Counted from the stretch's first letter, positions 19,225 to 29,577 are shown. The stretch: 64,000 nucleotides of DNA from an uncultured delta proteobacterium (GCA_963727485.1 CAVSGM010000002.1:96001-160000); one strand, 5' to 3'. Numbers and translations: made by a program. The notes: generated by a model from the letters alone, not told the origin.

Positions 19225-20792
19225 CGCTCGGCCCCGGCGTCCCCCCGGAGCTTGAAGCGCTGGATCTTCCCGGCCGCGGTCTTGGGCAGGCTCTCCACGA
19301 AGTGGATCCGCCGCGGGTACTTGTAGGGCGTGATCTTCTCCTTCACGAAGGCCTTGAGCTCCTCCGCCAGGGCGTCCGACGCGGCGTGCCCCTTGGCCAC
19401 GATCACGTAGGCCTCGGGCTTGGTGAGCCGCTCCTCGGTGACGAAGGGCACCACCGCCGCCTCGAGGACCGCCGGGTGCTCGATGAGGGTGCTCTCCACC
19501 TCGTTGGGGCTCACCCACTGCCCGGAGGTGCGGAACATGTCGTCGGAGCGGCCCGCGTACCAGAGGTACCCGTCGTCGTCGACGTAGTACTTGTCGCCGG
19601 TGAAGAACCACTCCCCGCGCATCCGCTCGCGGGTCAACGCCCGGCGCTTCCAGTAGTAGGGGGCGCTCGAGGGCCCGCGGACCCAGAGGTCGCCCACCTC
19701 GCCGGTGCCCAGCGCCTCGCCGTGCTCGTCGGTGATCTTCACCTCGTAGCCGGGGACGGGCTTGCCGGTGCTCCCGGGCTTCACCTCCCCGGCGCGCGGC
19801 GAGACGTAGATGTGGAGCACCTCGGTGGAGCCGATGCCGTCGAGGACCTCGAAGCCGAAGCGGTCCTTCCACCGGCGGAAGAGGTCCGCGGCCAGAGGCT
19901 CGGCGGCGCTGACCCCGAGGCGCACGCTCGAGAGGTCGTAGGGGTTCTCGTCCTCGGTCTCCTGGAGCATCATCGCGTAGAGGGTCGGCACCGAGTAGAA
20001 GATCGTCGGCTTCTCGGCAGCGGCGATGCGCAGGAGGTCCGCGGGGCGCGGCTTGCCCGGGTGGAGGACGGTGGTGGCGCCCACGCCGAAGGGGAAGAGC
20101 AGGGCGTTGCCCAGGCCGTAGGCGTGGAAGAGCTTGGACGAGGAGAAGGTGACGTCCTCCTCCGAGAGGTCGAGGATGCCCTCGGCGTAGTTCCGGCAGC
20201 ACCAGGTCCAGTCCTGCTGCAGGTGCACCGCGCCCTTGGGCTGGCCGGTGCTCCCGCTGGTCCACAGCCAGAAGGCCACGTCGTCGGGGTGGGTGTCGGC
20301 GGCCTCGGCCTCCTCGGGCTGGCCCTCGAGCCAGGTGTCCCAGGCCATCGCCCCGGGGCGCGCCTCGCCGGTGACGATGACGTGCTTGAGGTGGGGGCGT
20401 CCCCGGAGGATGGGCTCGACCTCGGGCCACAGGGAGCTGTGGACGAAGAGGACCCGGGCCCGGCTCTCGTCGAGGAAGTAGGCGTAGTCCGGGCCCCGGA
20501 GCGCGGTGTTGGTGGGGATGGCGACCCCGCCCATCTTGATGGTGCCGAAGTAGGCGGCGGCGAACTCCGGGGAGTCGGGGAGCAGGAGCAGGGTGCGCTG
20601 CTCCTCCTCGACCCCAAGAGCGCGGAGGCCGCCGGCGACCCGGTTCACCAGCGCGGCGACCTCGGCGTAGGTCAGGGCGCGGCCCTCGGTGCGGATGGCG
20701 ACCTTCCCGCCCCGGCCCTCGGCGAGGTGCCGGTCCACGAAGTCGACCGCGAGGTTGTAGGGGACGGGCAGCGTGAAGCCGTCGTCGGTCAT
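19221..20792 (-). CDS. Benzoate-CoA ligase family protein
   Basis: FWLWTSGSTGQPKGAVH, KLFHAYGLGN, VSAAEPL, DGIGSTE, GRSDDM, LPKTAAGKIQRF. Confidence 0.88.
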   Translation of the reverse strand: MTDDGFTLPVPYNLAVDFVDRHLAEGRGGKVAIRTEGRALTYAEVAALVNRVAGGLRALGVEEEQRTLLLLPDSPEFAAAYFGTIKMGGVAIPTNTALRGPDYAYFLDESRARVLFVHSSLWPEVEPILRGRPHLKHVIVTGEARPGAMAWDTWLEGQPEEAEAADTHPDDVAFWLWTSGSTGQPKGAVHLQQDWTWCCRNYAEGILDLSEEDVTFSSSKLFHAYGLGNALLFPFGVGATTVLHPGKPRPADLLRIAAAEKPTIFYSVPTLYAMMLQETEDENPYDLSSVRLGVSAAEPLAADLFRRWKDRFGFEVLDGIGSTEVLHIYVSPRAGEVKPGSTGKPVPGYEVKITDEHGEALGTGEVGDLWVRGPSSAPYYWKRRALTRERMRGEWFFTGDKYYVDDDGYLWYAGRSDDMFRTSGQWVSPNEVESTLIEHPAVLEAAVVPFVTEERLTKPEAYVIVAKGHAASDALAEELKAFVKEKITPYKYPRRIHFVESLPKTAAGKIQRFKLRGDAGAER

Positions 20793-21502
20793 GGTGTGCC
20801 TCCGGGTGTCCGCCGGCCGAAGAGGGCGGTGCCGACCCGGACCAGGGTGGCGCCCTCCTCGACGGCGACGATGTAGTCGTGGCTCATCCCCATGGAGAGA
20901 TGGGGCAGGGCGTCCGATGGGGCAACCCCCGCCCGGAGCGCGTCGCGGAGGGTCCGGAGGCGCCGGAAGTGGGGCCGGCTCGCCTCGGGGTCGTCGGCGG
21001 CGGGGGGGATGCAGAAGAGGCCCTCGACGCTTATCCCCGGGAGGTCCGAGGTGGCGCGCCACAGGGGCTCGAGGTCGCCGGGGGCGACGCCGGACTTCGA
21101 GGCCTCGCCGCCGACGTTCACCGCGAGGAGGCAGGGCACCGGCCCGGCCCCGTCGCGCAGGGCCCGCTCGGAGAGGGCCCGGGCGACCTCGAGCCGGTCG
21201 ACCGCGTGGACCATCGCCGCCGGGCCCACCAGGTAGCGGACCTTGTTGGTCTGCACCGGGCCCAGGAAGTGCCAGCGGACGCCCTCGAGGTCGCCCAAGG
21301 TCTTCACCCGGTCCCGGAGGGCCTGGGCGTAGTTCTCGCCGAAGTCCCGGCAGCCGGCGTCGAAGGCCTCGCGGACCGCGGCGTCGGGGTGGGTCTTGGA
21401 GACCGCCACCAGGGTGACCTCCCCGGGGTCGCGATGGGCCCGGGCGCAGGCCGCGTCGAGGTCGGCCCGGACGGTGGCGAGGCGCTCGGCGAAGCCGCTC
21501 AC
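20789..21502 (-). CDS. yggS: Pyridoxal phosphate homeostasis protein (YggS/PLPBP)
   Basis: LVAVSKT, FGENYAQ, WHFLGPVQTNK, LSMGMSHD, GATLVRVGTALFG. Confidence 0.95.
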   Translation of the reverse strand: MSGFAERLATVRADLDAACARAHRDPGEVTLVAVSKTHPDAAVREAFDAGCRDFGENYAQALRDRVKTLGDLEGVRWHFLGPVQTNKVRYLVGPAAMVHAVDRLEVARALSERALRDGAGPVPCLLAVNVGGEASKSGVAPGDLEPLWRATSDLPGISVEGLFCIPPAADDPEASRPHFRRLRTLRDALRAGVAPSDALPHLSMGMSHDYIVAVEEGATLVRVGTALFGRRTPGGTP

Positions 21503-22095
21503 CCCTGGTCCTCCCAGGGGAGTCGCACCCCGGCGGTGGCGAGGAGCGCCACCGTCTCGGCCAGGGGCAGGCCGATGACGTTGGAGTGGGAGCCGTCGAT
21601 GGTCGCCACCAGGACCCCGCCGAGGCCCTGGAGCTTGTAGGCGCCGGCGGCGTCGAAGGCCTCGCCGGTGCCCACGTACCAGGCGATCTCCCGCTCCGAG
21701 AGGGGCCGGAAGCGCACCCGGGTGATCACCGCCTGCTGGTGGAGGACGTCCGGGGCCTGCAGCGCGATGCCGGTGACCACCTCGTGGGCCCGGCCGGAGA
21801 GGGCGCGGATCATCTCCGCCGCCTCCTCGGCGCCCGAGGGCTTGCCCAGGACCTCGTCCCCGAGGACCACCACCGTGTCGGCGCCGAGGACGTGGGCCGG
21901 GGCCTCGAGGCGCTCGGCCACCGCCCGGGCCTTCTCGGCGGCGAGGCGCCGGGCGTAGGCGGCGGGGGCCTCGCCGGGGCGCCGGGCCTCGTCGATCCCC
22001 GGGGACTCGGCGCGAAAGGTGAAGCCGAGGGCCCCGAGGAGGTCGCGGCGCCGGGGCGAGGTGGACGCGAGGACGAGCTCGGGGTCGGCGGCCAT
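21499..22095 (-). CDS. maf: Maf family nucleoside triphosphate pyrophosphatase
   Basis: LASTSPRR, IDE, EKA, GADTVV, GKP, LSGR, SNVIGLP. Confidence 0.94.
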   Translation of the reverse strand: MAADPELVLASTSPRRRDLLGALGFTFRAESPGIDEARRPGEAPAAYARRLAAEKARAVAERLEAPAHVLGADTVVVLGDEVLGKPSGAEEAAEMIRALSGRAHEVVTGIALQAPDVLHQQAVITRVRFRPLSEREIAWYVGTGEAFDAAGAYKLQGLGGVLVATIDGSHSNVIGLPLAETVALLATAGVRLPWEDQG

Positions 22096-22166
22096 GACCG
22101 GCAGACCGTAGCACAGGCCCCGGGATTCGCGGGGACAACCGGGTCCGTTGGGGTATGCTCCCGCGC

Positions 22167-23219
22167 GTGACGGCGCCGCCGACCAAGCGACCGGACGCCC
22201 GGGCCCTCGCCGAGCTCGACGCGGTGGCGGAGATCGGGAAGGTGCTCACCAGCACCCTCGAGCTCCCGGAGGTCCTCAAGCGCATCCTCGAGCGGGTGCG
22301 CGAGATCCTCCGGCCGCGCCGGTGGTCCCTGCTCCTGGTGGACGAGACCGGGCGCCTGCGCTTCGAGGTGGTGGTGGGCGACGGCGCCGAGGCCCTCCGG
22401 GGACGGAGCCTCGAGCCCGGGGAGGGCGTCGCCGGCTGGGTCCAGGAGACCGGCGAGGCCCTGCACCTCGCCGACGCCGGGGCCGACCCGCGCTGGACCC
22501 CGCGCTTCGACGACGCCACCGGGGTCCAGACCCGATCGCTCCTCGCCGTGCCCCTCTCGGTCCGCGATCGGTGCCTGGGGGTCCTGGAGCTGGTCGCCGG
22601 ACCCGAGGACCGGCCCTTCGACGAGGACGACCTCCGGGTCCTCTCCTACGTCGCCGACTACGCCGCCATCGCCATCGACAACGCCCGCAACTACGAGCAG
22701 ATCCAGGCGCTCACGGTCCTCGACGAGCACACGGGCCTCTACAACGCCCGTCACCTCTTCCGCACCCTGCAGATGGAGGCCGAGCGGACCCGGCGCTACC
22801 TCCACCCGGTGTCCCTCATCTTCCTCGATCTCGACCGGTTCAAGACCGTCAACGACACCCACGGCCACCTCGCCGGGAGCGCGCTCCTCCGGGAGGTGGG
22901 CGAGGTGATCCGCGCCGGGTGCCGGAGCACCGACGTCGGGTGCCGCTACGGCGGGGACGAGTTCGCGGTGGCGCTGCCGGAGACGGCGCTGGGGCCGGCC
23001 CTCGACCTCGCCGAGCGCCTGCGCCAGGCGGTCCGCGAGCGGCGCTTCCTCGCCGACCGGGGCCTGGCGGTCCAGATCACCGCGTCCTTCGGGGTCGCCA
23101 CCTTCCCCGACCACGCCGACACCGTCGAGGGCCTGGTGCGCGAGGCCGACCGGGCGATGTACGCGGTGAAGGCGGCGGGCCGGGACGGGGTGCGCGCCGC
23201 CACGGAGACGTCGTCGTGA
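22167..23219 (+). CDS. GAF-GGDEF diguanylate cyclase
   Basis: GAF (GEGVAGWV, RSLLAVPL); DEHTGLYN, DLDRFKTVND, I-site RSTD, GGDEF; start GTG22167 or ATG22155. Confidence 0.92.
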   Translation: MTAPPTKRPDARALAELDAVAEIGKVLTSTLELPEVLKRILERVREILRPRRWSLLLVDETGRLRFEVVVGDGAEALRGRSLEPGEGVAGWVQETGEALHLADAGADPRWTPRFDDATGVQTRSLLAVPLSVRDRCLGVLELVAGPEDRPFDEDDLRVLSYVADYAAIAIDNARNYEQIQALTVLDEHTGLYNARHLFRTLQMEAERTRRYLHPVSLIFLDLDRFKTVNDTHGHLAGSALLREVGEVIRAGCRSTDVGCRYGGDEFAVALPETALGPALDLAERLRQAVRERRFLADRGLAVQITASFGVATFPDHADTVEGLVREADRAMYAVKAAGRDGVRAATETSS

Positions 23220-23235
23220 CCGGGGGGCGGGGCTG

Positions 23236-24934
23236 ATGGCGTCCGCGCGGGGTGGGGTGGCGGCGCTGGCGCCGGAGGTGGCGGCGCCGCAGCTCGGGCC
23301 GGTGAGGGCGCCGGCGGGGGCGACCCTGGGGGAGCGGGCCACGGTGGCGGTGGCCGCGGCGCTCCTTCTGGCCTGCGTGGTGCCCTTCTGGAGCGGCACC
23401 TTCCTGCCGCTGCTCGACCTCCCGGAGCACCTGGCCCTGGCCACGGTGATCCGCCACCTCGGCGACCCGGCCTGGGGCTTCGGCCACACCTACCACCTGG
23501 CCCTCGGGCCCCTGCCGTACTGGGGCTTCTACCTGCCCACGGTGCTCCTGGGGCTGGTCCTGCCCATCCCGGTGGCGGCCAAGGTGGTGTTCTCGGCCTA
23601 CGCCCTGGGGGTGCCGCTGGGGGCCGCCGACGTCCTCGACGCCTTCGGCCGCGACCGGCGCCTGGCGGTGTTCGCGGTGCCCCTGGTCTTCTCCGCCGAC
23701 CTGTTCATGGGCTTCGCCAGCTTCCTGGTCTCGATCCCCCTGTGGCTCTTCGCCCTGGCGGCCATGGAGCGGTTCCTCGCCCGGCCGGCGGGGGAGGGCG
23801 CGCGCCGGCGGGCGCTGGCGGCGGCGGGGCTCACCGTGGCCGTCTACTTCGCCCACGGCCAGAGCGTGCTCCTGCTCCTGTGCGCCCTGGGGGTGCTGTG
23901 GGTGGCCCACGGCCTGCACGGGCGGAGCCTGTGGCCCTTCGCCCCGGTGGCGGCGCTCACCGCCTACTGGATCGCCACGGTGGTGGCCCGACCGGCGTCG
24001 GCCATCGCCTCGCCCCTGCACCTGGCCATGTTCCGGCGCTTCCACATGGTGGGCCGGGTCCAGTGGAACACCCTCTCCCAGAGCCTCGACCGCTTCGGGC
24101 GCTACCTCTTCGACGCCTTCCCGGGCCTCGTCCCCGACGTCCTGTGGCTCACGCTCCTCGGCCTCTTCGCGGTGCTCCTGGCGCTCCAGCCCCCGCGGCC
24201 GGTGCCCGAGGACGACGGCGCCCGGGGGGGCTGGGTGCGCCTCGTCCACCGCTGGCGCCTCGAGCTCCTCGCCCTGGGGCTCCTCGCCTCGTACTTCGTC
24301 TGCCCCATGACCCTCGGCCTCCAGTGGTACGTGAGCCCCAGGCACCTGGTCTTCGCCGCGCTCCTGGCCCCGGCGCTCCTCGGCCCCCGGGCGCTGGCCG
24401 GCTGGCGAAGGTGGCTCCTGGTCCCGGTGGTCGCCCTGGCCCTCGCCATCTCCGCCTTCGTGGCCGCCCGGATCCACGCCTTCGACGCCGAGACCGCCGG
24501 CCTCCGGGCGCTCGTCGCCGAGGCGCGCCCCCGGGGGCGGACCCTGGGCCTGCCCTTCGACAACGGCTGGGGCCACCCCACCACCACCTGGCCGCTGCTC
24601 CACGCGGAGGCGTACTTCCAGGTCCACGGGGGCGGGGACCTGGGCTACTCCTTCGCGGGCCTGCCCTCGATCCCCGTGCGCTACCGCCCCGGCGCCCAGG
24701 CGCCGCACCCCTACGAGTGGCGGCCCCGGGAGTTCTCCTGGGACCGCTTCGGCCGGTACTACGACCGGGTCCTGGTCCACGGCCGGGCCGACCCGGCCGT
24801 CGCCGCGGCCCTCACCGCCCACGCCTTCCGAGTGCTGCGCGCCGGGCGCTGGACCCTCTACGTCCTCGACCGGCCCGGCGCCGACGTCGGGGCCCCGGGA
24901 ACGATCCGCTCGAGGTCGCCTCGGCGGCGCTTGA
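23236..24934 (+). CDS. Polytopic membrane protein, possibly GT-C glycosyltransferase-like; stop reached only via an apparent +1 frameshift near 24870-24930
   Basis: About 11-12 hydrophobic segments, PLLDLPEH after TM1, soluble C-terminal domain. The frame otherwise runs on as Arg/Pro/Gly shadow sequence across the next gene; TGA at 24932 is in the +1 frame. Confidence 0.6.
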
Positions 24935-24979
24935 CCCCTGGCGCCCGGGGCGGTTCGATGCCCGCAAGGAGATCTCCAC

Positions 24980-27577
24980 ATGCCGCGCCGTGCCCTCGCT
25001 CCCCTGGTCGCCCTCGTCCTCGCCGCCGCCGCCTGCGGCCAGAAGCCCAAGGTGAACCCGCCGCCGCCCAAGGTCACCCACGCGCACCGGGTCATCGAGA
25101 TCGACATCGACGACCACGGCCTCAAGGGCCTGTGGGCCGCCAACGCCCCCAACCTCAAGGGCCTCATCGCCCGGGGCACCTTCGGCTACACGAGGGTCAT
25201 CGTCCCGACCCACTCGAACCAGAGCAACATGTCGCTCTTGACGGCCCAGTACCCGGACGGCGACGACGTCCCGGGGAACGCCTGGCTCGATCGCGGCGCG
25301 GGCTTCGGCTACCCCATCAACCTCGGGCCCTTGAGCCTGGGGAACTACGGCTTCTGGGACCAGAACCCCCTGCGCACCCGGGGCCAGAGCATCTACAAGT
25401 ACGCCGAGTCCCTCGGAGACCACGCGGCCTACTTTGGCCAGCTCCCGCCCTTCGAGGCCGGCGCCGACGACGTCCACTTCACCATCGTCGGGAGCACGCT
25501 GGCGGGCATCCCCATCGATCCCGACACCGCGGTGGGCCTCCTGGAGAGCGTCCTCAAGTACCCGGCGGACGTCCTGGCCAAGTACAACCTCGACGGGAAG
25601 GACCGGAACACCAACGAGTCGCTGGCCCACTACGTGTTCCGGGACACGGCGAACTACATCGCCAGCACCCCCGAGAAGGACCTCCCCAAGTACATGTTCG
25701 TCTGGGACTTCATCGCCCTCGACAACGACCCCACCAGCGAGTACGGCGCCGACGGGCCCCAGATCCAGAAGATCATCGAGGACTACGACGACGGCCTCGG
25801 GGACATCCTCACCGCCCTGAAGAACAAGGATCTCCTCGACAGCACCGACATCATCTTCACCCTCGACCACGGCAAGGTCGACAGCCACAACCAGGTGAAC
25901 CTCGGCAGCCACGGCGGCACCGCCACCTCCGATGGGGACGGGCAGCTCGGGGCCCTGGTGGCCGGGCCCGACGGCCAGGCCGCGGGGATCACCTCCGCCG
26001 ACTACGCCATCGTCAACGAGGACGGGGACGCGCAGATCTACGCCAAGGTCCAGGACGCCGGCACCGCCGCGGGTCTCGCCGAGCAGGAGCGCGTCACCCA
26101 CGCCCTCGTCGACCTCGTCCAGTCCGGGAAGATCATCGGCCTCGACACCACCCGGACCATCACCTGGGACGGCTACGACGGCACGAGGCGCTTCCACGAC
26201 TACCACGACGACGGGCCCTACCAGGCGGACATCCTGGTCTTCCCCAAGCCCGACTGGACCCTCAACAAGGTCGACAAGAACAACGCGGTGCCCGGGCCGT
26301 TCCTGGAGCACACCCAGTACCCCTACGGGCGCCACGGGGGCTTCTCCACCGACGAGCTCTACGTGCCCATCATCATGGCCGGGCCCTCGTTCAAGCAGGG
26401 CGTGATGCTCCCGGAGCCGGTGAACCACGCCGACGTCGCCGCCACGGCGGCCTACATCCTCGGGGGCCAGACCCTGGCCACCGCCGAGGGCACGCCCATC
26501 CGCGCCGCCCTCACCGGCGACCCGGGGGCGACGATCAAGCAGCCCAGCGACATGACCGGCACCCGCGACACGGTCCTGACCCGGGCGGGCTACGCCGGGA
26601 CCCAGACCCTCGCCGGTACCCCGGCGAAGTCCGCGGTCGTCATCGACGTCGCCGGGCTCTACTACGACGAGCTCTTCCGGGACGACAAGATCCCCGCCGA
26701 CGCCACCAAGCCCTGGCGCGATCTGGCGGCCCAGGGGACCTCGTTCGAGCACTTCCAGGACCGGTACCGGGACTGGCCGGTGAACGAGTACGAGATGCTC
26801 GTGGGCGGCTACCCCATCCAGAACCCCTACATCCCCTTCGCCACCGACGATCCCGACCAGACCGGGATGCCCGGGTGGGGCCTGCTCAAGATGCCCGTGG
26901 GCTCGAACCTGGTCTCGGACCCGGCGGGGCGGACCGCCTGGCACACCGCCGCCTACTTCGGCGAGCCCAGCCTCTTCGACGCCGCGTCGGCCATGGGCCT
27001 GAAGACGGCCCTCATCGGGAACACCGACTTCCAGGACGCCCACATCGACATCTCGGGCCTCGACGCGCACCAGGCCACCGACGACGCCTCGGCGGCGGCG
27101 GCGGTCCAGAGCTTCCTCCAGGCGAACCCCCAGAGCCTGGTGGTGGTCGCCCTCGGGGGCGCGCGCACCGGCGACCGGGACTCGGCGACGGCGGCCACCG
27201 AGCTCAAGACCCTGGGCCAGGAGGTCCAGGCCATCGTCGACGCGGCCCCGAGCAGCCTCATCGTGATCACCAGCCGCGGGGCCACGTCGGTGGACGATCC
27301 CGCGTCGGACTTCTACGGGCCCCAGAGCTCGCGCCACGTGCCGTTCATCGTCCTCGGGCCGAACGTCCGCCAGGGCGTGGTCTCGCCCCAGGCGGGCCAG
27401 GGGTCGGACCTCCCGGCGACGGTGCTGGTGGGCCTCGGCCACGCCACCCGGACCGACTTCGTCGAGGGGACCTGGGCCGCCGGGACGCCCCTGGGCGCCG
27501 GGAACGTTCCCCAGCCGGAGCCCGCCGGAGCCACCGGGGGCCACGCCCTGATGGCGGCCTTCCAGACCGCACCCTAG
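24980..27577 (+). CDS. Alkaline-phosphatase-superfamily (NPP/phosphodiesterase-like) lipoprotein with two tandem AP-like domains
   Basis: Lipobox LAAAAC; IEIDIDD, PTHSNQSNMSLLTAQYP, TLDHG, GRHGG...VPIIMAGP, DVAAT; second degenerate copy VIDVAGL...HVPFIVLGP...DLPAT; AAGGAG RBS. Confidence 0.78.
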   Translation: MPRRALAPLVALVLAAAACGQKPKVNPPPPKVTHAHRVIEIDIDDHGLKGLWAANAPNLKGLIARGTFGYTRVIVPTHSNQSNMSLLTAQYPDGDDVPGNAWLDRGAGFGYPINLGPLSLGNYGFWDQNPLRTRGQSIYKYAESLGDHAAYFGQLPPFEAGADDVHFTIVGSTLAGIPIDPDTAVGLLESVLKYPADVLAKYNLDGKDRNTNESLAHYVFRDTANYIASTPEKDLPKYMFVWDFIALDNDPTSEYGADGPQIQKIIEDYDDGLGDILTALKNKDLLDSTDIIFTLDHGKVDSHNQVNLGSHGGTATSDGDGQLGALVAGPDGQAAGITSADYAIVNEDGDAQIYAKVQDAGTAAGLAEQERVTHALVDLVQSGKIIGLDTTRTITWDGYDGTRRFHDYHDDGPYQADILVFPKPDWTLNKVDKNNAVPGPFLEHTQYPYGRHGGFSTDELYVPIIMAGPSFKQGVMLPEPVNHADVAATAAYILGGQTLATAEGTPIRAALTGDPGATIKQPSDMTGTRDTVLTRAGYAGTQTLAGTPAKSAVVIDVAGLYYDELFRDDKIPADATKPWRDLAAQGTSFEHFQDRYRDWPVNEYEMLVGGYPIQNPYIPFATDDPDQTGMPGWGLLKMPVGSNLVSDPAGRTAWHTAAYFGEPSLFDAASAMGLKTALIGNTDFQDAHIDISGLDAHQATDDASAAAAVQSFLQANPQSLVVVALGGARTGDRDSATAATELKTLGQEVQAIVDAAPSSLIVITSRGATSVDDPASDFYGPQSSRHVPFIVLGPNVRQGVVSPQAGQGSDLPATVLVGLGHATRTDFVEGTWAAGTPLGAGNVPQPEPAGATGGHALMAAFQTAP

Positions 27578-27661
27578 GGGCCCCGGCGCCCACTTGACCC
27601 GCGGGGAGGGCCCCTGCTAGCCCGTGCGGCGGCAGGGGCCCATCAGGCCCCGGGAGGCAAC

Positions 27662-28933
27662 GTGTCGAAGCTAAGCGGCGTCAAGGGCATGAACGACATC
27701 CTCCCCGAGGACGTCGGGGTGTGGCAGCGCATCGAGGCGGCGGTGCGCGCCCGGTTCTCGCGCTACGGCTACCGGGAGCTGCGCACCCCGGTGGTCGAGG
27801 AGACGGCGCTCTTCGCCCGCTCCATCGGCGAGGCCACCGACATCGTGGGCAAGGAGATGTACACCTTCACCGATCGCAAGGGGAAGAAGAGCCTCTCGTT
27901 GCGGCCGGAGGGGACCGCCGGGGCGGTGCGCGCCTACATCGAGCACGCGGTCTACCAGAAGGAGCCGGTGGCCAAGTGGTGGTACCAGGGGCCGATGTAC
28001 CGCTACGAGCGGGTGCAGGCCGGGCGCTACCGCCAGTTCCACCAGATCGGCGCCGAGGCCTTCGGGGTGGCCGATCCCGGCCTCGACGCCGAGCTCATCG
28101 TGATGCTCGACGGGCTCCTCCGCCACGACCTGGCGCTCCCGGGGGTGGTGCTCAACCTCAACTCCCTGGGCGACGCCGAGAGCCGGCCGAGGTACCTCGA
28201 GGCCCTGGTGGCGCACCTGCAGGGCCACCTGGACGTCCTCTGCGAGGACTGCCGCCGGCGCCTGGAGTTGAACCCCCTGCGCACCCTGGACTGCAAGGTC
28301 CAAACCTGCCAGCCGGTCCTCGACGCGGCGCCGACCCTCGCCGACTACCTCTCGGACGCGGCGAAGGCCCACTTCGACGAGGTGCTGCGCCTCCTCGACG
28401 CCATGGACGTCCCCTACGTGCGCCAGGCGCGCCTGGTCCGGGGCCTCGACTACTACAACCGCACCTGCTTCGAGTTCGTCGCCGGGGGCCTCGGCTCCCA
28501 GAACGCCGTGGCCGGGGGCGGGCGCTACGACGGGCTGGTGAAGACCCTCGGGGGCCCGGACGTCCCGGCCATCGGCTTCGCCATGGGGGTGGAGCGCCTG
28601 GTGCTCTCCCTGGGCGAGTCGGCGGCGGTGGCGGGGGGCCCCGACGTCTTCCTGGTCACCGCCGGCGATGAAGCTTTTCTCCCGGTCTTCCGTCTGGTGG
28701 AGACGCTGCGGGCGGCGGGCCTCACCGCCGAGCTCGATCCGCGGCGTGGGAGCCTGAAGAGCCAGATGCGCAGGGCCGACAAGCTGGGCGCCCGGTACGC
28801 CCTGGTGGTGGGCGAGGCCGAGCTCGCCAGCGGGCAGGCCGAGCTCAAGGACCTGCGCCAGAAGGGTGAGGGACCCACCGTGGCCCTGGACACCCTCGCC
28901 GAACACCTGCGCCGCACCCTGGAGGAGACCTGA
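27662..28933 (+). CDS. hisS: Histidine--tRNA ligase
   Basis: KGMNDILP, KEMYTF, LRPEGTA, RYRQFHQ, RLVRGLDYY, GGRYDGL, GFAMGVERL. Confidence 0.98.
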   Translation: MSKLSGVKGMNDILPEDVGVWQRIEAAVRARFSRYGYRELRTPVVEETALFARSIGEATDIVGKEMYTFTDRKGKKSLSLRPEGTAGAVRAYIEHAVYQKEPVAKWWYQGPMYRYERVQAGRYRQFHQIGAEAFGVADPGLDAELIVMLDGLLRHDLALPGVVLNLNSLGDAESRPRYLEALVAHLQGHLDVLCEDCRRRLELNPLRTLDCKVQTCQPVLDAAPTLADYLSDAAKAHFDEVLRLLDAMDVPYVRQARLVRGLDYYNRTCFEFVAGGLGSQNAVAGGGRYDGLVKTLGGPDVPAIGFAMGVERLVLSLGESAAVAGGPDVFLVTAGDEAFLPVFRLVETLRAAGLTAELDPRRGSLKSQMRRADKLGARYALVVGEAELASGQAELKDLRQKGEGPTVALDTLAEHLRRTLEET

Positions 28934-28935
28934 CG

Positions 28936-29577
28936 ATGCCCCGTGCCCCCCGCGTCCTCGCGGCCCTCGCCGCCGCCTGCGTCCTCCTGCCCCTGGCGCC
29001 GGCCCATGCGGACGGCCCGGCCGCCGCCCCGGCCGCCGCCAAGCCCAAGACCGTGCTCCACCTGGGCCAGCAGGCGCCGGGCTTCTTCCTCCCGGTGGTC
29101 GACGCCAAGGCGGCGGGCCTGAACCGGGTGGTCCTCTCGAACTGGTTCGCCCCGGGGAAGACCAAGGCGGTGGTGATCAGCTTCTTCGCCACCTGGTGCC
29201 ACCCCTGCAAGAAGGAGCTGCCGCTCCTCCAGAAGCTCTACGAGAAGTACAAGGGGCAGGGCCTCAAGGTGGTGGTGGTGAGCATCGACCGGGAGCCCAA
29301 GGCGGTGGCCTCGCTCCCCGAGTTCCTCGCCGCCCGGGGGCTGACCTTCCCGGTGGTCTCCGACCGCTTCAACCTCCTGGCCCGGCGCTACCTGGGGACC
29401 AGCTCGGCGCTCCCGAGCCTCTTCGTCACCGACGGCACCGGGAAGCTGGTGGTCATCCGCCAGGGCTACAGCCAGGGCGCCGAGGCCTTCCTCGAGGGGG
29501 CGCTGCGCCAGGCCCTGGGCCTGCCGCCCCTGGCCACCCCCAAGGTCGCGAAGGCCAAGGGGAAGGCCAGCCGATGA
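28936..29577 (+). CDS. TlpA/ResA-like exported thioredoxin-fold protein
   Basis: Signal peptide; SFFATWCHPCKKELP; cis-Pro LP motif. Confidence 0.87.
   Translation: MPRAPRVLAALAAACVLLPLAPAHADGPAAAPAAAKPKTVLHLGQQAPGFFLPVVDAKAAGLNRVVLSNWFAPGKTKAVVISFFATWCHPCKKELPLLQKLYEKYKGQGLKVVVVSIDREPKAVASLPEFLAARGLTFPVVSDRFNLLARRYLGTSSALPSLFVTDGTGKLVVIRQGYSQGAEAFLEGALRQALGLPPLATPKVAKAKGKASR

Noticed and set aside
23236..27597. 1453-aa membrane mega-protein overlapping the phosphodiesterase gene
   Set aside because: After about residue 550 it is shadow-frame sequence; a +1 error before TGA 24932 explains the missing stop.
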